DNA of 47,037 nt, taken from contig NIVC01004400.1 in the NCBI GenBank assembly GCA_002269645.1, forward strand, positions 1 to 47,037, read 5' to 3'. This document shows positions 11,453 to 22,000 of the stretch, one piece after another. Below the pieces are notes generated by a model that worked only from the letters and a program-made list of their open reading frames with translations, was not told where the DNA came from and did no database searches. Position numbers and translations under genes: made by a program. Each line of letters starts with the position of its first letter. Position 1 is the first letter of the stretch. Source of the DNA: Macrostomum lignano (taxonomy: Eukaryota).

Positions 11453-13510
11453 AAATAGAAATCAGTATCACTAACACCCACCCCACCTCCGGCAGTGCTC
11501 CATCAGGTGCAGTTGCAACAGGCTCTCCCGGCACCTCGAACAGCGGCAGTCCTGCCAACAGTTGGGGCAGCCAAAAGCCTCAGGGCAGTTCCAGCGGCAG
11601 CAATAATTGTTGCACAGCTGTCACAGCCTACCTACTGCACATTAGGCCGAGGTATGAATATGATACCTGTGACTGATCACTTTTGATAATTTTTCATGCC
11701 ATTGCTCCCTTGCGCCAAATTTTCAGCTGTCTTGTGCACCCCGAAGTTCAGCGGCACAGCAGGTTGATTCTGGTAGCCACGCTTTTCTGCCTAGTTGGTG
11801 CAGGTTAGTTAAGCTAGTGCAATAGTGACAGGGTTCACATGCCTAGGTTCTGTGACTACTTTTCCATCCAATAGCAACTTACATGTGTGTGTGTTGTCAA
11901 TAGAAACGACCAGGTTCGCATGCTGTAGGTAGCTATAGAAGTGGCGCCCCTGATTCCCAAAGTGGCGCCCCTGACTCCATCCGAAAGTGGCACCCCTGAC
12001 TACATCCGAAAGTGGCGCCCCTGACTCCATCTGGAAGTGGCGCCCCTGACTCCCGAAGTGGCGCTTTTGACTCCATCCGAAAGTGGGCGCCCCTGACTCC
12101 ATCCGAAAGTGGCGCCCCTGACTCCCAAAGTGGCGCCCCTGACTCCCAAAGTGGCGCCCCTGACTCTATCTAAAAAGTGGCGCCCCTTACTCCATCTAAA
12201 AAGTGGGCGCCCCTGACTCCATCCGAAAGTGGCGCCCCTGACTCCATCCGAAAGTGGCGCCCCTGACTCCCAAAGTGGCGCCCCTGACTCTATCTAAAAA
12301 GTGGCGCCCCTTACTCCATCTAAAAAGTGGCGCCCCTGACTCCATCTAAAAAGTGGCGCCCCTGACTCCATCTAAAAAGTGGCGCCCCTGACTCCATCTA
12401 AAAAGTGGCGCCCCTGACTCCATCTAAAAAGTGGCGCCCCTGACTCCATCTAAAAAGTGGCGCCCCTGACTCCATCTAAAAAGTGTGGCGCCCCTGACTC
12501 CCAAATGTGTCGCCCCTGACTCCCAAAGTGGCGCCTCTGACTCTCAAAGTGGCGCCTCTGACTCCCAAAGTGGCGCCCCTGACTCCCAAAGTGGCGCCCC
12601 TGACTCCCAAATTGGCGCCTCTGACTCCATCCGAAAGTGGCGCCCCTGACTCCCAAAGTGGCGCCTTTGACTCCCAAAGTGGTGCCTTTGACTCCATCCG
12701 AAAGTGGCGCCCCTGACTCCAAAAGTGCACTGGTGACTCCCAGAGTCACTCTGGATGTCATAATAGCAAAGCAACAGCCGCTATCGGCAATGTTTTCAAT
12801 CGGTATTTCCGCAGTTCTGATAGCCTCGGGTCTGCTAAGCATAGTGCCGGAGCCGCACCCTCTGTTTGGCATCGTGTTCGTTGCCGGCGGATTCGTTATC
12901 TTCATCCCGGGAAGTGAGTTCGGCAACATTGATTATTGTCTTTGATTAACATATATTATAGCAATAATTGCAACGGCACCCTGGCGCAACCATTCGGCGT
13001 CATTGGCTCTACAACCAGCGCTGACGGCAATTCTGCGCATTTCGCTTGCTCCTGAGCACATGCAAGCGCGCCAATACTGTACGCAGGCACAGCACTCACA
13101 CACGCTGTCGCAGGGTGTACAGCGGCCCTGACTGTCTAATCGTCAGGCATGTACACTCTCTGTGCCATGGGAGTTGGCCCTCCTGGCTTGTGAATCGCAC
13201 GACAACCTTCCGGCTAAACTTCGTGCCCAAGCCTCAGATGAATGCGTTTCAGCACGGAATCGAACCAGGGGTCGCGAGAGCCAGATGGCGTTTACCGCTG
13301 AGCTGCCCTGCCCCTGAATGTGCTTTACTTAAAGCTTTCAATCCAGTAACTGCTCCCGACTTATGTTAGAGTTAAGGTAGTGCTTTTGACCAAATATTGA
13401 TAATTCCAACCGCCCTCTCACCGCCCGCAGTCTACTATGTGACCTACGTCATTCGGGCCTATCTTGGTCACGACGGCTATTTGTTCGATCATTTGCCTTC
13501 CATGGACTGA
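11453..13510 (+). CDS. TMEM134: Transmembrane protein 134 (TMEM134/TMEM230 family), 5'-partial; exons about 11453-11651, 11727-11803, 12815-12913, 13431-13510
   Basis: Phase-compatible GT-AG junctions (2,1,1) give ...NNCC...HPEVQRHSRLILVATLFCLVGAVLIASGLLSIVPEPHPLFGIVFVAGGFVIFIPGIYYVTYVIRAYLGHDGYLFDHLPSMD*: two TM helices and a C-terminus matching the TMEM134 pattern (HPxxQ..., PGxY, GHxGY/F, LP). Acceptor of the first listed exon could be 11452, 11458 or 11465. Confidence 0.85.
11938..12735. repeat. Minisatellite, about 21-24 bp unit (aaagtggcgcccctgactccc), in a TMEM134 intron
   Basis: Direct tandem periodicity; shares the gtggcgcccc(t)gactccc core with 3204-3873. Confidence 0.95.
12976..13314 (-). 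mobile_element. tRNA-derived SINE family A, near full-length copy (about 340 bp), antisense in the last TMEM134 intron
   Basis: Minus-strand head with A-box-like CAGCTCAGCGG (13295-13305) and B-box GGTTCGATTCC (13256-13266); body aligns by eye with copies at 36581-36837, 46012-46135 and 29234-29290. Confidence 0.75.
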
Positions 13511-14304
13511 TCTACCTCACGCCGACATCAGTGTGATTAGAAAGAGCGATCTTTATGTACTCTGGACGATTCGTGCTTTTGAAAGGTTTTGTCAGCTAAT
13601 AAGCTGACGAGGTAATATGCAATTTATACTCATGCCGTTTACCCTTAAATCGCAGAAATATCCCAGGAATTATTTCTAAACATCGGCATTCTAGTTTTTC
13701 ATCACTTTTCATTCAACGCGATACGAGTTTTATTCACGTGCATTTTTTGTTAAAAAATAATTCCAATAATTTACATCCCTGAAAATATGCAATAGCCCTC
13801 GCATTTTGTTGGAAAAGCTTTTCTATATTTTTATTCCTGATTTTTTGCTTTTCTATCCAGCCTTTCCTGTTTTTATCCGAATAGTACAAAAATTTTGTAC
13901 TCTCGATTTATGCTACTGTAAGTAGCGAAGTGCATTAATTCTGTCTCTAGGCGTTTGACCGCAGGCCAGAATGCAACAATTAATCGTATTACGAAACTAT
14001 TTTAAGTTTGCAATCGACTTAAGCCGCTCAGTTTTACAAACTTTTCCAAACTCTATACTTTGTCCATTTTAGTTAAGAAAGGTTTTAGTAACAAGTAAAT
14101 TATTGTTACAGAAACCGAGCCTTTCGCTTTGGCATTGTATAATAATTGTATTAACAAGCAAGCAGTGTTTTCCAGAATCTCAAAAACTATTGAATTTAAC
14201 AATTTCAACTGACATACATGTACTGACACTGACATAAATTACCCTTATCCAGACCATCTGTTAGCTGCCAGCTCCTGCACCAGTACATGGGGGGTTGTCC
14301 CAGT

Positions 14305-14908
14305 CTCCCAGTCCATCTGGGGCTGTCACCCCTCCCCAGTCCACCTGGGGCTGTCACCCCTCCCCAGTCCACCTGGGGCTGTCACCCCTCCCCATTCCAT
14401 CTGTGGGCTGTCATCTCCCCCCTAGCGGAATGGGCGGCACTCGCCTCCCCGCTGCGTCTTCGGACTGCCTTGCAGTTGTCATCTCTCCCCCAATCCATCT
14501 GTGGGCTGTCACCCCTCCTTCAGTCAATCTGTGGGCTGTCACCCCTCCTTCAGTCGATCTGCGGGCTGTCACCTCTCCCCCAATCCATCTGTGGGCTGTC
14601 ACCCCTCCTTCAGTCGATCTGTGGGCTGTCGCCTCTCCTTCAGTCGATCTGTGGGCTGTCACCCCTCCTTCAGTCGATCTGTGGTCTGTCACCCCTCCTT
14701 CAGTCGATCTGTGGTCTGTCACCCCTCCTTCAGTCGATCTGTGGTCTGTCACCCCTCCTTCAGTCGATCTGTGGTCTGTCACCCCTCCTTCAGTCGATCT
14801 GTGGTCTGTCACCCCTCCTTCAGTCGATCTGTGGTCTGTCACCCCTCCTTCAGTCGATCTGTGGGCTGTCACTCCTCCCCCAATCCATCTGTGAGCTGTC
14901 ACCACCAG
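14305..14908. repeat. Minisatellite, 30 bp unit (cagtcgatctgtgggctgtcacccctcctt) preceded by a 28 bp variant
   Basis: Direct tandem periodicity; between the convergent TMEM134 and FERM genes. Confidence 0.95.
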
Positions 14909-16009
14909 TCCATCTGGCTACCCTTTGATGGGCACTGGTTATATGAATACAAGGTGCCGAGGCCGAGCAACTCAAGCCGTTTACCTATGCATCGGGCGAT
15001 AAATAAATGAGTTCTTGTCGAAAAAATAAACTCTTATTACGTAATGCATAGTTATTAAAGACCATGATGAACAGAGAAAATTAGGGATTAATAAATAGCC
15101 ACTGCCATAGATGTGCCGATACGATTATATTGTCATTCAGCGCAAGGCAGTGACAGAGGTCTCAGTTGAGCAAACAGCCAGCCGCTAAAATGGCCGGAAT
15201 TCGATACAAAAAAACTGAGTAAAAACTTTTGCAGTTATAAAAAACTGCTCACAGCAAAAGCCTCAATTAAGGAAGAAGGATTTGAGAAGTAAATCTTAAT
15301 ACAATACTTAACTATGTTTGCAATGTTTCTGTCATGATTGTAGCGTACGTGTAAATATATTCAGTATGGCGACCCAGCATCTCTCAAAACTAAATTTGGC
15401 ATTAAATTGCGTAAAAAAGCAGAAAAGTATGGCAATGAAAAAACGCGAAGCGAAGAACAATGCAACATGACAGAAACTAAAGATTTGAATCACGGAATCG
15501 GCACCCGCTGTTAAATATTTATAAATAGAAAATCTCTTTAAACAGTAGTAATTTCGGTCGCGCTTTAAAATGGGTCACAATTTTCTAAAGCAGTCTACTC
15601 ACAGTAGAGTTATTAGGATGAAATTGTGAGATTATGTATGTGAATAAAAATTCTACGTAATTCACGTTTTAAAAATGGGAATTCCGTACTGTATTTGTAC
15701 TATTTCGACACCCCGCCCTTTGTGACGGATGTGACGCGGAAATGCCAGAAAATAAAGAAAATATTTGGCAGATTTTAACAAGTGATAAGCTAACAGTCTA
15801 AAGCTTGTAAGCAGTTAGCAGGCCTGTAAATAAACTTACGGAAGCACAGTAGTCATATAAAGTAGTAGCTGTTTCAAACAGACTACAATAGCTGATTAAC
15901 ATAAATAAAATAAAATTGCATTAGTACAAAGGAATATCGAAAGTTATTAAAGAATAGCGAATAGCAATGCCGTATTGCAGTATAGTGCAGCTTCATACGG
16001 GTAGCAAAT

Positions 16010-19000
16010 TCACACGAGTGTCTGGTGAGTGGAAAACCGACTGTGGGGCTGTCTTGGAGGCGGAACCGGAGGCTGCCAATGCTGCTGCTGCAGTCGGTGC
16101 TGGTTTTGGTACAGGGGCTGCTGCGGCTGATGCTGTAGGACATGCGGCTGAGGACCTCTCTGAAAGATAGAAAGTAAAACGCTGCTTAACCTGCAGTGCG
16201 GTACTGAGGGCGTTTTCGGCTGGTGGGTGTTGGCTGTGCGGTGGTGGGTGCTGGCTGTGGGGCGGTGGGTGCTGGCTGTGGGGCGGTGGGTGCTGGATGC
16301 TGGCTACGGGTTGCTGGGTGCTGGTCATGGGTTGCTGGATGCTGGTCATGGGTTTCTGGGTGCTGGTCATAAGGTTGCTGGGTGCTGTCTATGGGTTTCT
16401 GGGTGCTGGTCATGGGTTGCTGGGTGCTGTCTATGGGTTTCTGGGTGCTGGTCATGGGTTGCTGGGTGCTGTCTATGGGTTTCTTGGTGCTGGTCATGGG
16501 TTGCTGGGTGCTGTCTATGGGTTTCTGGGTGCTGGTCATGGGTTGCTGGATGCTGGTCATGGGTTTCTGGGTGCTGGTCATGGGTTGCTGGATGCTGGTC
16601 ATGGGTTTCTGGGTGCTGGTCATAGGTTGCTTGGTGCTGTCTATGGGTTGCTGGGTGCTGGTCATAGGTTGCTGGCTGTGGGGTGGGTGTTAGCTGCGGT
16701 CAAGGTTTCCGAATAAGTGTAAAATATGCAACAGTTAACCTGCTATATGTAAACATAAAAAGCTCATTCAGCAAAATTGATAAAATTAATAAAAGCTTAA
16801 GACGTCTACAACTTTGCTTAACTTGAGGCTTACGAAAATTCAACAAAATCTAATAGGCTTTAAAATGTCTAAAAACTGCTACACACTAACTTGATAGTCA
16901 CATAAAAATCATTGAGAAATCTCAAATTAGTAAGTCAGCAATGATCTCGAACAATTCCTTCGTTTTTTAGAAACGAGAGCAAGCAATGGAGGAATGCCGC
17001 CATGATGCAGTGCATACTGGAGGTTCTGGTAACTCAATTACCATTAAAATCAGTCCTGAAAAAGTTTCAGAGTAAGGTTTAGGAGATTTCACTTTTCTTC
17101 TTCTGACAGATGCCTCATCTTTCTGACACCCAACACGCAACAGTGGGTTGCTGACAGAAGTTGCTGGGTTGTCAGAATTATTCTGACAACCACCGTAGTC
17201 TAATAACACCCAGATTAGTCTCATAACAACCATATTAGTCTAATGACACACATATTAGTCTAATGACACTAAGATTAGTCTAATGACACTAAGATTAGTC
17301 TAATGACACTAAGATTAGTCTAATGAATCAAATAGTAGTCTAATTACACTATAAGATTAGCCTAATGACACCCATATTAGTCTAACAGTACCTATATTAG
17401 TCTAAAAACACTTATATTACTCTAATGACACCCAGATTGGTCTAATGACACCCAGATTGGTCTAATGACACCCAGATTGGTCTAATGACACCCATATTGG
17501 TCTAATGACACCCATATTGGTCTAATGACACCCAGATTGGTCTAATGACACTATAAGATTAGTCTAATGACACCCAGATTAGTCTAATGACACCTATATT
17601 AGTCTAAAAATACCCATATTATTCTAACGATACCAAGATTAGTCTAATGAGACAGATTAGTCTAATGACATCCAACATTGGTTTAATGACAGCCACATAA
17701 GTTATCCTGACTCCCGCGTGGACCAACAGACACGGGAACAGGTATATAGTATGTGAGAGCACGCATGTCAGACTTTCTGGGTTGTTAAAAAATGAGCCAG
17801 CCTCACCAGCGGCTGGTAGCGCCTGTTGGGGTCGGTTTCTGTGTCTGACACGGCCGCCTGGTAGCTGTTGTTGTGCGAGTGCCTGTAGTTGCCGCCGCTG
17901 GGTGGCCTGCGGAATTAACAAAGAATTCCCCATTGGATTGTGAACTTGAAACTGTGAACAGCCAGGATCACAGTGTGAAATCGGCACTGTGAACAGCCAG
18001 AATCACAGTGTGAAATCGGCAATGTGAACAGCCAGAATCACAGTGTGAAATCGGCAATGTGAACAGCCAGGATCACAGTGTGAACTCAGTAATGTGAACA
18101 GCCAGGATCACAGTGTGAAATCGGCAATGTGAACAGCCAGGATCACAGTGTGAAATCGGCAATGTGAACAGCCAGGATCACAGTGTGAACTCAGTAATGT
18201 GAACAGCCAGGATCACAGTGTGAAATCGGCAATCGCAAGAACACAGGATGCGCACCCTTCGCTCAGGTAGTCGCCATACAGGGACCAGCCGGGAGCCGCT
18301 GCCCCATGGTCAACTTGGCGCGGCTGCAGTTGCTGGCGGTGGCTCATCGGACTGCGGCCTGCAGCAGCGGCGGCAGCGGCGGCGGCGGCTGCGGCAACAG
18401 CGGCGGCGTCGGCGTCAGCGACAGGCCCGGTGCTGTCCTGCGGCACCGGCCCGGAGCTGCGCGGGATGATCTCGGCGCGCGGCGCCGTCAGTCGCAGCCG
18501 GCCCCGACCGGTCTGGGCGTCGTAGTTGACGCGAAGTCCCCGATCAGCTGGCAGCTGGGTGAACTCAATCTGGCGCAGCTGCTCCTGGCTGAGGCCGCTC
18601 GAGTCCACCCGGTCGTGCCGGATGTGGCTGGGCAGGCCGGAGGAGGCCTCGGCCAGGATCGGCCGCCGACTGCGACCCCCGCCGCTGGCCGCCGCGGAGG
18701 AGGCGGAGGCAGCGGGGGCGACGGGGTGGCGACGCCGGGAGCCGGCCTCGCTATTTGAGGGGGAGCGAGGGGGGCGGATTATCGATTAGCGGCATTTATC
18801 CTTGTCCATTCCCACTAATCCCTGCCATAGTTATCCCCACTAATCCCTGCCATAGTTATCCCCAGTAATCCCTGCCATAGTTATCCTCATGAATCCCTGC
18901 CATAGTTATCCCCACTAATCTCTGTCATAGTTATCCCCAGTAATCCCTGCCATAGTTATCCTCATTAATCCCTGCCATAGTTATCCCCACTAATCTCTGT

Positions 19001-22000
19001 CATAGTTATCCCCACTAATCCCTGCCATAGTCATCCCCACTAATCCCTGCCATAGTTATCCCCACTAATCTCTGTCATAGTTATCCCCACTAATCCCTGC
19101 CATAGTTATCCCCACTAATCTCTGTCATAGTTATCCCCACTAATCTCTGTCATAGTTATCCCCACTAATCCCTGCCATAGTTATCCCCACTAATCTCTGT
19201 CATAGTTATCCCCACTAATCCCTGCCATAGTTATCCCCACTAATCTCTGTCATAGTTATCCCCACTAATCCCTGCGATAGTTATCCCCACTAATCCCTGC
19301 CATAGTTATCCCCACTAATCTCTGTCATAGTTATCCCCATTAATCTCTGTCATAGTTATCCCCGGTAATCCCTGCCATAGTTATCCCCATTAATACCTGC
19401 CATAGTTATCCCATTAATCCCTGTCATAGTTATCCCCGGTAATCCCTGCCATAGTTATCCCCATTAATACCTGCCATAGTTGTCCCCATTAATACCTGCC
19501 ATAGTTGTCCCCATTAATACCTGCCATAGTTATCACTAATTATCCCTGCCATAGTTATCCCCACTAATCGCTGTCATAGTTATACCCGGTAATCCCTGCC
19601 ATAGTTTTCCCCATTAATCCCTGCCATAGTTATCCCCAATTATCCCTGCCATAGTTATCCCCACTAATCTCTGTCATAGTTATCCCCACTAGTCATAGTT
19701 ATCCATATTAATCCTGAGTTCCAAATACCAACAATGCATTTCCCAAAGGCACGAAACCTACTTTAAGTAGTATCAATGAGACTGTGATTGTACTAAAAGA
19801 GTAAATTTAAATTGCAAGTTCACAGCAAACATTAATATTGAAGATTAGACATGAAACTTTTGAAACGACTGACTCAACAAGAGTAAAGCGCATGGGCTGT
19901 ACTAATATACCCAAATGAATTCGTATGGGGAGCATAGTGGCCAAGGTTTAGAAGCCAGCTGCTGGGCACAGCACACACGGGAAGATCAATACCTCGCCCA
20001 TGCCAGGCTGGTCAAACAACAGTTACTTAGCAAAATGGAAGCGGCAATGCTGAACTGCTAGTTGAATGGGGTGGTGAATGGCTGTGAAATTTATGGCATT
20101 GGCAATTGTTGAGTTCAGACTGAACTGTAGGGGACAGAGGGGAGCAAAAGATACAAGACTGTAGATGTATTTGTCTGGTAGATAAAAATGAAAAGAAGAG
20201 ATAAGATGAGAGAGGAGTGACAAAAGAGACCAGATAAGAGAAGATGCGGAGAAAAGATTGAGACTTAAAAACAGAGAGAGATGAGACGGAGAAGACAGTG
20301 AGATGAGACGGAGAAGACAGTGAGATGAGACGGAGAAGACGGGGAGATGAGATGGAGAAGACAATGGGATGAGATGGAGAATACAGTGAGATGGAGAATA
20401 CAGTGAGATGAGATGGAGAAGACGGGGAGATGGAGAAGACGGGGAGATGGAGAATACAGTGAGATGGAGAATACAGTGAGATGGAGAATACACTGAGATG
20501 GAGAATACAGTGAGATGAGATGGAGAAGACGGGGAGATGGAGAATACAGTGAGATGGAGAATACAGTGAGATGGAGAATACAGTGAGATGGAGAATACAG
20601 TGAGATGAGACGGAGAAGACAGGGAGATGGAGAATACAGTGAGATGGAGAATACAGTGAGATGAGATGGAGAAGACGGGGAGATGAGACGGAGAAGACAA
20701 TGGGATGAGATGGAGAATACAGTGAGATGGAGAATACAGTGAGATGAGATGGAGAAGACGGGGAGATGGAGAAGACGGGGAGATGAGACGGAGAAGACAA
20801 TGGGATGAGATGGAGAATACAGTGAGATGGAGAATACAGTGAGATGAGATGGAGAAGACGGGGAGATGGAGAATACAGTGAGATGGAGAATACAGTGAGA
20901 TGGAGAATACAGTGAGATGAGATGGAGAAGACGGGGAGATGAGATGGAGAAGAGGGAGATGTGACAGACAAAAAGGACAAGGCAGGTTGCATAACTTAAT
21001 GCTTAATATAACAACATGTGATTGGAAATGAATTATTAGCTGAATAACGATTGCAACAAAAAGCAAGAGAAGTTAAACACACGTCAGTATATCTTAATCA
21101 ATTGTGACAACAGCACTCTAGTGCAGATATAGTTAAAACAAAAACAAGTGGATGAGAATAAGCATGAATTTCGTGTGTAAAGAGCTACCTGGAATCGTAG
21201 AGTTCATCCGAGGTCAGATGCCGTTTCGAGCGCTGATAATAGCGCTCCCTGACCATGTTGAATCTGGGCGCGGGGGGCAATCGTGCAACGGAGGGGGTAG
21301 CGGAATGCGTCAGGATTGCTGCACTGCCACCTGTGCTACCGTGCGAAAACCGTGCAGGTACAAGAGAAAAAATGGAAAAAGAAATGACGACGGAAGAATG
21401 ATAGAGGAATTGATAGAAAGAAGAAGGTGAGGAGGACGGGAAAGACGGAGGGGAGAGGCGGTGAGTAGAGGCAGAGGGGAGAGGCGGTGGGAAGAGGCGG
21501 TGGGGAGAGGCAGAGGGGAGAGGCGGTGGGGAGAGGCGGTGGGGAGAGGCAGAGGGGAAAGACGGAGGGGAGAGGCGGTGAGTAGAGGCGGTGGGGAGAG
21601 GCGGTGGGGAGAGGCAGAGGGGAGAGGCGGTGGGGAGAGGCGGTGGGGAGAGGCAGAGGGGAGAGGCGGAGGGGAGATGCGGTGAGTAGAGGCAGAGGGG
21701 AGAGGCGGTGGGGAGAGGCAGAGGGGAGAGGCGGAGGGGAGAGGCAGAGGGGAGAGGCGGTGGGGAGAGGCAGAGGGAGAGGCGGTGGGGAGAGGCGGTG
21801 GGGAGAGGCAGAGGGGAGAGGCGGTGGGGAGAGGCGGTGGGGAGAGGCGGTGGGAGAGGCAGAGGGGAGAGGCGGTGGGGAGAGGCGGTGGGGAGAGGCG
21901 GTGGGGAGAGGCAGAGGGGAGAGGCGGTGGGGAGAGGCGGTGGGGAGAGGCAGAGGGGAGAGGCGGAGGGGAGATGCGGTGAGTAGAGGCAGAGGGAAGA

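Noticed and set aside
13600-13670. CTGACGA hammerhead-ribozyme-like core (also CTGATGA near 33520 and CTGACGA in SINE A)
   Set aside because: No GAAA after a stem II and no closing stems I and III; the motifs sit in simple hairpins or repeat units.
11471-16693. Shared 16-mer ctaacacccaccccac at 11471 (+) and about 16678-16693 (-)
   Set aside because: Low-complexity AC-rich match with no flanking homology.
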